Origin: Octopus bimaculoides
Lineage: Eukaryota
Direction of reading: 5' to 3'
NCBI RefSeq assembly: GCF_001194135.2
Contig: NC_068986.1
Coordinates: 62,815,327-62,859,683, forward strand
Length of the DNA: 44,357 nucleotides
Part shown: one piece after another, positions 11,029-23,524 of the stretch
How positions within the stretch are numbered: the stretch's first letter is position 1
Layout: the number at the start of each line of letters is the position of its first letter
Program-made: the position numbers and the translations under genes
Notes under the pieces: generated by a model
What the model saw: only the letters and a program-made list of their open reading frames with translations
Told to the model about the DNA's origin: nothing
Database searches by the model: none

Positions 11029-14000
11029 TAATCAGTGCATAAAGTTTGATTAGATAGTATAACTAGCATGATGAATACCCTTCCAATCATGGCTGTGTGG
11101 TTATGATACTTGTTTTGCAATCACCACATGGATTAGAGTTCCATTACAGTGCATGGCAGTCATGGGCAAATCAATGCTTTGTTAGTAAAATTTGGTTGAT
11201 GGAAAAAATAAAGAAGCTTATCATGTATATTTACATTTATATCCATCTATTTATTTAAATGTGTGTGTGCATGCACATATATTTGTGTGTGCAAGTCTTT
11301 GTTTTCATATATCTTCACATTATCACTGTTTGAGCAGCTGCACCTTTGTTTATGCCTTCTATAAATAAAGTGTCTTGTAGGCCAAATGCTCTGTTGGTTT
11401 CTTGGAATGCAAATACGTTTTGGTTTCAGGAAAGGCATCCAGCCAGTGGCCATTCCATGTTACATAGAAAAAGCAAACATAAAAATGATGATGAAGATGA
11501 TTACTCATTTTAATGAACAATATGGTGAGTTAGAACTGTAAAAAGAGAATGGAAACTTTAGTGACCTAGTTGTTGTTGTTCAGCCAAAGGTGTCGGCTCT
11601 GATCAAGCAGACCAAAGATGTATCAGCTGTGACCATCTTGTCTTTGATTTTTAAGGCATAATGTAATTAAGGTTCTATTAACTGATGCATCCTTCTCTTT
11701 TAAAGATGGTAGGGTGTGAGTTGAGAGTATTTAACTATTCTTTCTTGCCAGTTATGTAACTTCTTTGTTGGCTCATCCCATGACCTAGTTTCATTATTCC
11801 ATTGTAGCTATTCATCATTACTACTTATTTTGATAATAATTTTGAGAACCTCTAAGAAAAGCATGAATGCCATTCTATTTCAACATATTCTTATTGATTT
11901 CTGAGTAAAAATATCAATAAATAAAACTCCAAAGTACAGTTTCAATATTTTCAAAAATGAAACGTTATTAATTAGGGTTCATAATTATATTTAATTGCTA
12001 TGATCATAATGAACTTAATTAACTTACACCACAAATATTTTCCAAATTTGCTTCAGGAAATTAGTGAATAACCTGTTACAGTGCAGCTTGTGTTACATAG
12101 TTTACTTTCTTGAGGTAATTCTAAATATTTTGAAGGTTAAAAATGAGTGGTTACAAAATTTATATTTTAATGCATCATCCTTATAATCATTGCCATCATT
12201 TTAAAATCTGATTCCTCTGCAAGTATTGTTTTCTTCCTTTCTTCTATAGATTCCTAATATTTTTCTTGCTTTTGAATATGATATAAGATGAGTAAGTTTG
12301 TAAATTTCAATATTTACCAGTGTTCATGTAACAAGTTTTGTATTTTTATAGAAGCGTAAAATACTACATAGTAGTATCTAATAATAATAATAAAAAATTG
12401 AAGTAGAGTTTCCAAAACTTCCTCCTCTAATGTTATCAAATGATTTCTACTCTTTAAGGTGTTTTGTTGCACCTGTCTGTTTGCATTTCATTATTTCAAC
12501 TGTATTGTTCCTGTATCCCATGCTAGGGAATATCTGTTCTTTAATTACTGGCTACCACAGATTTTGCGTGAAACTTTGGTTTCAGTAACATAAAGCAGAT
12601 GAAAGATCTCTCTTGGGATAAAGTACAACAAGCTTTTCTTTAGGAATGACTAAATTTCACATTGAAATCTAACAAATCTCTTGCTAATTCTTCAGTTCAA
12701 CTGCTGACCACAGCAGTGAATTATGCTATCTGTGTAACCTACTCAGGGCATGGTGAACTCAACTCTAATTTTTTCTCTTATCCTTCTATATTTTGATGTT
12801 GTGAATATTCTGGTAGACTACTAATGCAAAATATTGTATTGTCTTTCTTAACCATTTGCTGACAGTATGATAATATATATTCTCTGTTTAAAACTTCATT
12901 TTTACAAACAATAATTTTGCAATGCAATATCTGTGATAATCAAGTAAAATAAATGAAATACTTTATAATACCCACTGTAGCTAAACCTCATTAGTTTCCA
13001 CAAACTAAAATTTGGAGGCATGAGGATGTCTCACAAAATGATGAGGCACAATGAATTGGACTTGATTAATTTACACAGAAAAGCTGACACTGTCATGAAG
13101 AAATGAAATGATACCTTAAGTAAATTTACCAACTGTCAAGTATATATCAATATTTTAAAAAATCATTTTATCACTGGTTGATAAAAAAAAATTAGATAAA
13201 TTTATTTCTCTAAAAATATTGAAAATTTACACCAGTTTACTGTCTATACAACTTACCTTAGCTTCAAGAAAAGTAGAAGGTGAAACCTTTCAATTCGGTT
13301 TGAAGTTTTGGGGATAAAAAGTATTAAATGCAGATGATAGTATCTCTGGAGTAAGGTAAGCTTTTGCAATCTTTACCTGATCTTTCAGAGACAGCTTCCT
13401 CTTAGTGCTTTTCTTTCTAAGCTTTGCCTCCTTAACTTACTTATCCTACTTTGTGTCTGGATAGTACTGTATCTTAAACAGTCTTACTGAATTATCAATG
13501 TCGCAACAACCGTTACATATCATGAATTTAATATTCCTGATATTGAGTAAGTAATCCTATTAATTTATGCACTTAACATCACTTAGTACTTGTTCATTCA
13601 TGATCATCATTATCATCATCATAATTTAATGTTCACTTTCTATATTGGTTTTTGTAAGTGTTGGTAAAATGTTTTTTTATGGGTTTTGCATCAATATACT
13701 TTAAGTGCTCTATACAAATACATTCCACATACTCTTATATAAATATATACAATGTGCATCACATAGCTGCACTTTTGTGAATGTATGTGCATGTGTATAC
13801 TGATCATTTACTGATCATGTATATTGATCATTTACAGGGGTTTACAGAGATTTTAAGTGTTTCTAAATTCATGAAATTGTGAATTCATGAAAGTACTTTA
13901 CAAATCATGTTATGTGTGTTTATGTATGTACATGACTTTGCATTCAAGTATGAGTGCCCATGATCGAATAAAAAAGTAATATTTTTATTCTATTATAGAT

Positions 14001-14149
14001 ATCAACATTATAGCTGTTATATATATTATATGTTCATTTATCCCGACGAGGAATTATATTAATTATCCTGACAAGGAATTATATTTGAAATTTCACAGTT
14101 TAAACTGTTGTTTGTGTAGGTAGGGAGAGAAAGTGTTTTTCTTTTTTCC

Positions 14150-15380
14150 TAATGTTCAAAATGTTTGCTGTTAAAGTTATGATATCAAATTTCTCTGTAA
14201 TACGGAGGTTGCTTCTGTTGTCTTGTCTCATAGATGCTCAAGTTTATTTGAGCATTTATTTCCTTTCTGATGACATTGGTGTCCAGAGGACAGCTGATTT
14301 CCACAACAAAGTATTTTTTTCATTGTCCCATACAATAATATTTGATTAATTGTGTTTTAACTTGGAAGCTGTTTTAATTTTCAAGTTCCTCTAATATTCT
14401 TTTGACCCATCAGTCTCAATATAGTTGACATTGTCTGTTGGTAATTTTCTTTTTCTTATTCTGTTCTAGGCTCTTCAGGTCAGCACACCATGCCTCATGG
14501 GAAAATAATATCTAAAAGACATTCTCTTACAGTTAGCAATAATGTGGTTGATGTTTTCAATTTTAGTTTAGCACAGCCTATAATTGTTGTCGGTCAGTGT
14601 TTTCTGCTTTTTATGTTGCAAATGCTTAGTGATGATCTATTGTTCTTAAATTGCCTGGACATAATCATCAAAGTGAGATATCATAAACTTGTCAATACTT
14701 CATGCCAAGTGCCATTAACTTTTCAGTGAACTGATCCATTTTGTTTTATTTTGTTCTGATAAATTTATCAAAGCTCTTTACAGAGAGATCCACATCAGCT
14801 TTTATTTTATGCCTTTCCTTGAGTTCATTAGCTATCCTAAAGATATTGTTATTTTTGAGCTCACAAACTTGGGCAAGATAGTTTTTGGCCTCCATCCTCT
14901 GCTGCAGATATTACTTCTGTGTCATGACATGTGCTTCATATGACATCAACATAGATTTGAGACTGCAGCCACCATCTTACCATGAGAAGTATATCCTGTC
15001 TACATCTCTATTGATGTTTAAGTTTCCAGTAACACCAAACATTTTATATATGATGTTTTGGCAGTAACTTTTAGGTTTGGTGGTTTGGCTGTTTTGGGGG
15101 ATGAGACTGTTGACAGCCATGTGGGTATGTTTTATGTGCCCTTGATACTTATCCCATAGAGTGTTATTAACTCTCACTGATAAAAGTTAAGATTCTTGAA
15201 CCAATATCCTGTTACAAGATCTTGACCTGAATTATTTCTTGTTTGGTATTTTTCAGGACGGGTTCTAGTACTGTGCCATCGATTCCAGTTTTTATTCAAC
15301 ATGCTTGAGTATCCCTGTTCTAATTCATCTATCCATTTAGCTTTATTGTTGAATTTCATTCCTTTTCCATTGAACTCCAG
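14150..15380 (-). mobile_element. Degraded RLE-type LINE of another subfamily (zinc knuckle plus endonuclease)
   Basis: Minus strand CRLC*TKIENINHIIANCKRMSFRYYFPMRHG (CCHC knuckle), IIVWDNEK..VVEISCPLDTNV (RLE), and GYWFKNLNFY upstream. Confidence 0.6.
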
Positions 15381-15864
15381 TAACTTTCCATTTATTCTGT
15401 GTGTGTGTGCATGTGTGCATGTGTGTGTGTGTGTGCATGCATGTATATATGACAAACCTCTGCACAATTTTAGTTAATAATTTCACTCTCAAGGCATTGG
15501 TTAATCTGAAACTATATTAGAAAACATGCTCCAAGGACCACAGAGAGTGCTTGAATCCAGAACCACATGCTTGCAAATCAAAATTCTTGACCACACCTAT
15601 TACTTTCAGTCCCTTATTGTGTCTATAGTCAATATTTTTGTCAAAGTTGCAGATATATACTGTATATGTAATTAATTACTGCTATCAGATCTCTACTATT
15701 TCCATTTTTGCCTTACTTATGTCTCTATCAGGAGAAACCATGCTAAAATTAGTAAAGCTAAGGGGAAAAAATGCCAACAATAGTTATGGAACCCTCCATT
15801 AAGGCAGCAATAATTTACAAAACCTCCCACTTGACAGGTTCTTCAGCCATCATCATCATAAACA

Positions 15865-15990
15865 TCCTCCTCCTCCTCCTCCTCCTCCNNNNNNNNNNNN
15901 NNNNNNNNNNNNNNNNNNNNNNNNNNNNNNNNNNNNNNNNNNNNNNNNNNNNNNCCTCCTCCGCCTCCTCCTCCTTCTCATCATCATCAT
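15865..15990. repeat. (CCT)n/(CAT)n microsatellite spanning an assembly gap (N 15889-15954)
   Basis: Seen directly. Confidence 0.9.
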
Positions 15991-17745
15991 TTAACATTCA
16001 CTTTCCATGTTGGCATGGTTTGGATGGTTTGACAGGAGCTGACCAACTGGGGTGCTACTCAAGTTACAATTGTCTATTTTGGCATGGCTTTTATGGCTGG
16101 ATGCCCTTCTTAACACCAACCACCAACACTAGCATGGGCGTTTTTATATGGCACTAGCATGGGCACTTTTACCCAGCATGGGTGCTTTTACATGGCACTG
16201 ACACCTGTGTTTTTATGAAATACCAGTAAGGGAGCATTTTATGTGACACTAGCAAGAGTGCTTTTTACGTGACACCAGCACCCATGAGCCCTCTCAGCTG
16301 AGAAAGGAACATAGAGGACATAACTGTCCATAACTGTGGATAGCCACAGTTTTACTTAGCTTGACATATCTTCTCAAGCACAGCAAACCATTAGAAGTCT
16401 TGGTCCTTTGTCATCTCGTTTAAGAAGCCCTGTGTTTGAATATCCTTTCTCACCACTTCGTCCCACATCTTCCTGGGTCTACCCCTTCCACAGGTTCCCT
16501 TCTCAATTAGAGATTGGCACTTCTTTATAGAGCTGCCCTCATCCATTCACATCACATGACTGTATCAGTGCAGTCTTCTCTCTTGCACTCTACAGCTGAT
16601 TCCTCTTATAACCAGTTTTTTCTTAAATCATTTACACTCTACCATATATGCACATTGACATTACCCATCCAGTGGAAGATGCTGGCTTCATTTCTTTCAG
16701 GCCTTTTCATGTCCTCTGTAGTCATAATCCATATTTTACTACCATGTAGCATAGCTATATATACACATGCATCATACAATCTGCCCTTCACTCTTAGGGA
16801 GAGGCTCATTGTTTCCAACAAAAGTAGTAGCTCACTGCATTCTGTTGGACCAGATCATGAAAGTTACAAGAGAGGGTCATACCTCAACTAATTAGGAAGA
16901 GAGTTAGCCTGGACGAGATGCAGTTAAGTTTTCTGCAAGAGAGAAACACTACTAATGTTATCTTTCTGGTAAGGCAACTTCAGGAAAATCATTTAGCCAA
17001 GAACAAACTTCTGTACTTAGCTTTTGTAGACTTGGAGGAAGCCTTTGACAGAGTCCTCCACTCCCTCATCTGATGGTTAATGTGGAAGCTAGGGATAGAT
17101 GAGTGGTTGGTGAGAGCTGTACAAGCCATGTTTAAGGATGCTGTCAGGAAGGAAAAAGTTGGCAATAACTATAGCAATCAATTTAGTGTACAAGTAGGAG
17201 TTCACCAAGGATCAGTTCTCAACCCCACTCTAACCAGCTGCATCAAGAAGTGCCAGTTTAAGACTAGCTGCTCTTGGGAGCTTATCTATGCTGATGATCT
17301 TGTTCTTATAGGTGAATCCCTACTTGAACCAGAGAGGGAATTTCAGATGTGGAAGCAAGGTCTAGAATCTAAGGGTGTTAGAGTCAATTTAGCAAAGTCC
17401 TAGTAAGTAGAAAAACAAAGAATTCTCAAATTCCTTCAGAGAGATTGCTCTGTCTGATATGTAGGAAAGGTGTTGGTAGAAACTGCATATGGTGTACCCA
17501 GTGCAAGCTATGGACATGTAAGAGGTGCACTTATTCTAGCAACTATGCTTTCAAAATTTCCCTCTCCACTGCTAATTTAGTCACCCTGGTAACAGAAGCT
17601 ATCTACTACTTCTTAGGATCCAACCAGACATTTGAAGGAATCTATTCTCTGTACAGTCTTAGTGTTTATTTACCTGCACATCTGCTATGCACAAAGACTA
17701 GTTTTTCTATTAACCTTCTTGTGATATTGCTGCACCTCTTATGTG
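15978..17745. mobile_element. Rearranged RTE-clade LINE: minus 3' segment (15978-16841), plus RT segment (16842-17529), minus linker segment (17530-17745)
   Basis: Each segment aligns by eye to the less disrupted copy at 30322-31786: SELLLLLETMSLSLRVKGRLYDAC (minus), LLDQIMKV..VHQGSVL..LIYADDLVL..CLICRKGVGRNCIWCTQCKLW (plus), HKRCSNI..RI (minus). Confidence 0.85.
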
Positions 17746-17949
17746 GTATTAGGCATACTCAGATACAAAGTATCATACAAATCAGTGCTGGCTATAATCT
17801 TTATAGAAAATCTGTAGAGATAACTTTAAGGGATCTAAAAGCATTGCTAACACAAAGTTGAATTAAAAAGCTTTTAATATACTTTGTAGTATATTATGGT
17901 TGCATAATGAAATACAGTGTGCCTACAAGTTATTAATAAGTACTCATCT

Positions 17950-18850
17950 GTATTTAGGCTAATCTCAAAAGGAGCATATAAATACAGATGAGAGCTTAAC
18001 CTACTTGATTATGATGGTGTTAATGAGTATACACCACCCACTAAGGCAGTAAAAGGGTGTAAGACAAAAATGAAACAGGAAAGCTTGACAGAAATGTCAA
18101 GACCGTGGCAAGAAAACTGTTGCATGGGCAATATTCCAAATGAGCTGGGAAGGCTGACGTAGAGAAGAACCCATCAGATGGAGAAGAACCCCTCAGTGGC
18201 TGCAGAGCACTGGCTTGAAAGCTGAAACAGAAGGATTTATCCTAGTTACATAAGATCAGAGTCTCCTCACTCGGAACTATCAAGCTAATATCTTGCACAA
18301 TGGGGCAGACACTGTGTAAACTCTGTGATGACAAAATTGAGAGCATTGACCACATTGTCGCTAGTTGCTCAGATCTTGATCCTACAGAATATAAAGCCAG
18401 GCATGATCGAGTTGGCCAACACTTGCACTAGAGCATATGTCATCACTATGGGATCCTGCATCCTAAGAACCTGTATGAACACCATCCATAACCAGTCACT
18501 AAGAGAAAGAATGTTACCATCCTGTATGGGATATATACAGACAGGCAAATAAATGTCAACATGCCAGACATCATTACCAAAGACATATTAAGTAATGTGA
18601 TGGTGCATACTGATAGAAACATCTCAACAAAAGAATTTAAAAAGCTATCAAAATACAAGAACCTTAAGATTGAGATATTTAGGATGTGGTAATTAAAAAC
18701 CAAAACCATCCCTGTTGTTGTGGGTGCCTTGGGAATGATCAAGAAAGGTACTTACAAATTTTTTGACCAGATCCCAGGGAAGTCAACAATCTACGAGATT
18801 TAAAAAATTGAGCTGACATCAACTGCTCACCTTTGCAGGCAGTTTATCTC
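17950..18850 (+). mobile_element. 3' part of RLE-type LINE (zinc knuckle plus RLE), degraded
   Basis: GLKAETEGFI, CKLCDDKIESIDHIVASC, HDRVGQHLH, PDIITKD, KTIPVVVGALGMIKKG. Confidence 0.85.
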
Positions 18851-18870
18851 TAATATATATGTGCCTTAGG

Positions 18871-18973
18871 TTTATCAATCCTGAAAGGATGAAAGGCAAA
18901 ATCAGACTCAGAGGACGAAATACTGCTGAGCATTTTGCCTGGCATGCTAACGATTCTGCCATCTCACTGCCTT
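18871..18973 (-). mobile_element. 5' fragment of the same tRNA-derived SINE as 334-548
   Basis: Reverse complement reads AAGGCAGTGAGATGGCAGAATCGTTAGCATGCCAGGCAAAATGCTCAGCAGTATTTCGTC, abutting (ATT)n. Confidence 0.75.
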
Positions 18974-18996
18974 AATAATAATAATGGTGGTGATGG

Positions 18997-19080
<84 letters not shown>

Positions 19081-19097
19081 TGGTGGTGGTGGTGGTT
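18972..19097. repeat. Compound (TAA)n-(TGA)n-(TGG)n microsatellite
   Basis: Seen directly. Confidence 0.95.
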
Positions 19098-19099
19098 CA

Positions 19100-20408
19100 A
19101 TGAGATAATGGAAAAAGAAATGAAAGAGCAACTGAGGATGGAGTAATTCCGAAGACTGTGGTTGGTGTTGTGCTGAAAATTGACTGGATGAAATAAAATC
19201 CAAGCAGTTAATATGTGGGTGATAACATCACTTCAGTATGGTGCAGGAATTATAAAATGGTAAAAGAGAGAAATGAAGAAAATGGATACCAAAACCAGAA
19301 AAATCTTGACAGTACATGGAGCCTTCCACCCTAAGAGTGACACCGATAGGCTGTACTTATCCAGAAGAAAGGGTGGGAGAGGTTTAATCAGTTGCCAGGA
19401 CTGTATCAAAGCAGAGGAAAACAGCCAAGGGTGGTATATAAAAAAATGCTGTAGAGCCACTGTTGAAACACGAAGGAGGTTGGCATCATCAACACTGAAA
19501 ATTGTGTAACTAAAGAAAAATTTAAACAAGAAATTAACAAAAAAAAAAAGGAAAAACATGGAAGGAACAGAAAATGTATGGTCAGTTTGCAAGAGATGTG
19601 AAGGCCAAGACAGATACAAAGGACTGGTGGCTATGGATGAGGAGGAATGACCTGAAGATAGAAACAGAAGTATTCATATGCACAGCTCAAGAACAAATGT
19701 TAAGGACCAACTATATGAAGTGCAGAATAGACAACACTACCGAGAGTGACAAATGCAGAATGTGTGGTGAGAGGGGTGAAATGGTACGGCACATCATTAG
19801 CAAATGCCTGAAATTAGCACAACATGAATACAAAAGATGACATGATAAAGTGGCAAGAATGATCCATTGGGGGCTCTGTGGAAATCACAGCTTACAAAGA
19901 GCAAAGATGTGGTATGAGAAAATTTCAGAAGGAGTTATTGAAAATGAGAATTGCAAAATCCTGTGGGATTCAATAATCCAGTGTGATCCAACCAACCAGA
20001 TATCAGAAACCAGACATTGTTGTGGTGAATAAAAAAGAAAGAACATGTATGATAATCAACATAGCATGCCCCGGTGACAACAGGATCAATTTGAAAGAAG
20101 AAAAAAAAATAAGCAACTATTTTGATTTGAAGAAATATGAAGGTTGTGGTTAATGAAGAGTAGATGTGATACCAATAGTAACTGGTGCACTTGGAAGTAT
20201 CAGCACTCAACTACCAACATAGCTGAAAAAGATTGGTGCAAGTGTGAAGGTAGAACACCTACAAAAATCAACATTGCTTGGAACTGTAAGAATTCTTCGT
20301 AGGGTTCTTGAAGCATGACCAGTAAACAAGTGTCACCAAAGTCTGCTGGCTGTGGACAGCTGACACTTTCCATCATACCCATCAGAATAAGCTGTGAGTT
20401 TTCGTGTT
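19100..20408 (+). mobile_element. 5'-truncated RLE-type LINE with intact 3' end
   Basis: HGAFHPKSDTDRLYLSRRKGGRGLIS, MYGQFAR, CRMCGERGEMVRHIISKC, KILWDSIIQCD, IVTGALG, LLGTVRILRRVLEA*; 3'UTR ends on (TAA)n at ~20408-20450. Confidence 0.9.
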
Positions 20409-20699
20409 ATAATAATAATAATAATAATAATGATGATGATAATAATTATAACCAAAAACAGGAATGATGATCGCTGTAATCTAATAAATATCTCAATCTG
20501 TTCTGACTAAATACTGCCTGGAGGTAGGAAAACTATTCAAGTTCAAGGTTTTTGAAATGGAAACCAGCAGAATGTAGGGAAGTAAAGACAGTATCAAATA
20601 TATAACTGGAACGTTAGTATGATACGGAAGTACAGAAACAAATAAGAAAATACATATCAAGGCTTACAACTGTACATTCTTACACTGTGCAAGATACAC

Positions 20700-21150
20700 T
20701 TAATTCAATAGTACAATCTGTGCAGCACATTTTCTGCGTAGCTCACACAACAAATATTTTTCCCGATTATTGATATAAACTGCACAATCCTCATCAGTAA
20801 AAAAAGACAACATAAACTCTTACATAACTGCCACATGAAACACATCCCAACAGTTTACATAACTCATACTCTACACAGTTGCTACCCAATAATGTAGCAT
20901 ACATTCTTTACAATCACCACCCAACATTATGGCTCAAAACATGCGACATGTATGAAACACCATAAGAATCTTCCAAATTAATGCATACCATGGACAGCCT
21001 TTTCTGCACAATAAGTAGATGAAGCATTAAAGTACCACCAGAAACAATTAAACAAACCCTTCCAACAAAGCAAAGCAAAAGCAGCACACAATTCTGCACT
21101 CTTTCTCAGAAGACTATATTTCACACACCTTAAGAATAGATGATGCACAT
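20700..21150 (+). mobile_element. Possible ancient LINE RT relic (APE-type)
   Basis: Only faint motifs (FP..W-like, HYG.K..T-like); very degraded. Confidence 0.3.
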
Positions 21151-21329
21151 GAAAATGCAATAGAAACTCTCACAAAATTGTTAAAATAAATTGCCATAAA
21201 ATATGAGATGGTTTGAAAGAAACAATCTCATAGTTTTTTGCTGTCTAGTGTTAGCCAAATGAGAATAGGTCTACAAGCATGACAGAATTGGAGCATTAGA
21301 AATGACACCACCAGCATTAGGAACCCCGA

Positions 21330-21362
<33 letters not shown>

Positions 21363-22636
21363 CTGGTCTTATGGTTTTATAGGCCTATATGTATGTGTGT
21401 GCATGTGTGAATGGATGGGTCTATACAAATATGTACAATATTTTGTCCTGTTTACTCAGTACTTAAAAATATAAAATGTGGTTCCCTACCCATCTATATT
21501 ACTTCATTTAAAGTGAATATCATTTAAATTCATACAAACGTATTTATGTGTGTGCATCTTAGTAAATATGTAAATGTAATCATTTTCAGTGTATATGACG
21601 ATTTTGTCAATAAAGCTGACTGTTATTTCAGTGACAATAGAACATAATGAGCTAATGTAGTTTTTAAAGAAATATTTCCTTTTGATTTCAATAGAAAGCT
21701 TTGTTGACTGTTAGCAAGCACAATGTCTTTTGTATTGCATTTAAAATAACACAAAGAAAGTATTCAAGTGGCAGTTATTTGAAATGTAAAAATATCATTA
21801 TCTTTCCATGGAAAAGGAATGGGAAAATATAGAGACAAGTTACTTTAATGGGGATACTAATAACAGCTCTCAGGTAGAAAGAGTGGCATCCAACTTGAGC
21901 AAGTATAGCATCTCAACAATTGGAAGATAAATGCAATCTGTAGCATGGTTGTTCTTCTAGTTTTTACTCTCGACAAAAAAGAAATGATTCATATAATTTC
22001 ATTAAAAATATATTCCTTAAAAAATATTACACATTTAAAAATCATATCTAACTTTTTATTTGATTGAAATGTTTGGCTTATTCATTTTCTGATGAAAAAA
22101 AACCTCTCTGCTTTGTAACCAAGACGACAAGTAAATCTTTATACAATCACTCATTCTACTAGAAGTAACATTTAAATCTCTTTCAAATCACAGTATAGTC
22201 ACTGATACAAAAAAAAAAAAAAGGGATAGGAGGATTACAGTTAGAATATGTTTAATCATAGTTCTGATTGTTCTCTAGTGCTGACCTGGGGCTGAATATC
22301 AAAAACAGGAATAACAAAAACAACACAAACAGCAACAGTAACAATTACAACAACTCTGTTTTTTTCTTATTGTATAAACTGCAGATAAACAAAAGCCCAA
22401 GGAAGTGAACCATGTTATTCTTGAAAATAGACTAAGCTCGCCCAAAGATCTAGACTTGGCCATCAATGTGACAGTGCTAACAACAACAACAACAACAACA
22501 ACAATGGTAATAGTTCCTGAGTTAGGCACATGACCAGAAATTTTTGGTAAAAAGTACAAGTCAATACCTTTGACTCCAGTACTTGATGGGACTTTACTTA
22601 TTGGCCCTAGAAGAGTAAAACAACACAAATTTAAAT

Positions 22637-23186
22637 GGTGGAATTTTTAACATCAACAATTTTGTTGCCAGACACTTACTAAACTCTACAAGCTGAGCAA
22701 TGTGATTGGTGGGGAGTGAACCCTTGCATTTTAATTGTGAGTTGGGAATAATTTCTTGTTGACAGCACAAATTTAACATAGAATTGAGCTTTGGTGGTAA
22801 CTTCAGTTCTGAAAGCAGATAGTACCATAGCTTTTGCCTTTTTTGGTTAAGAAGATTTCTTCTGATATGTTCTGAAGAGCTTGGACTACTTAATCTGAGG
22901 GTAGATTTTCTCCATTTCATACTTGCAAATATATAATTTTTCACTTTGTATTCTCCTGGATTAGCTCCTGAAGCAAAGAAATTCTCTTCTGTCTCACAAA
23001 ATTCTCCCAACTGCATTTTTTTTCTGGGAATAATGATGAGTTAAAAAATTCTGTTTGTTCATTTTTTACATGAATTCAAACAATAATTTCATTTAGTAAT
23101 GTTTTAATAAATCATGTCTCAAAAGGAACAGCAAACAATGTTTTCCCACTAAGAGAATGAAATAATAATGATAATAATGATGATGG

Positions 23187-23218
<32 letters not shown>

Positions 23219-23524
23219 GATGATGATGATGAGGATGATGACGATGATGATGATGACGATGATGATGATTTCTTTTAATTTAATAATAATGATTTTTGGC
23301 CATGAGAGCCCATGACGGGGCAGTATGAGGATGAAGTACAAAGCAATGAAGATTGAGATTCATAAAAATGAAAGTGAAATTTTAAAAAACAGATGACAAT
23401 GACAAGAAATTATTCCCAACTCACAATTAAAATGCAAGGGTTGACTTCTCACCAGTCACATTGCTCAGCTTGTAGAGTTTAGTAAGTGTCTGGCAACAAA
23501 ATTGTTGATGTTAAACATTCCACC
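22637..23524. repeat. 123-bp inverted repeat (arms 22637-22759 and 23402-23524), 5 mismatches
   Basis: Right arm is the reverse complement of the left arm; compared base by base. Confidence 0.95.
23160..23300. repeat. Imperfect (GAT/TAA)n microsatellite inside the inverted-repeat spacer
   Basis: Seen directly. Confidence 0.9.

Noticed and set aside
11085-11790. Faint fragments of common SINE and repeat families (also ~6575-6665, ~15480-15600, ~26935-27040)
   Set aside because: Recognised only from memory of octopus repeats and too diverged to delimit, so not listed as features
13258-13420. Exon-like segment: minus KEAKLRKKSTKRKLSLKDQ...FKPN*KVSPSTFLEAK ending at a strong AAG|GTAAGT donor; plus-strand SRKVEGETFQFGLKFWG*
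   Set aside because: In-frame TGA, no convincing acceptor on the minus strand and no recognisable homology; no SECIS evidence to invoke selenocysteine
22299-22628. 109-aa ORF with poly-Val and Cys-rich tail resembling a membrane protein
   Set aside because: The Val and Cys runs are simply translations of (TTG)n-type microsatellites
22594-23016. 140-aa minus-strand ORF (MQLGEFCETE...)
   Set aside because: No recognisable motif; it runs through the inverted-repeat arm; ORFs of this size are not compelling without homology
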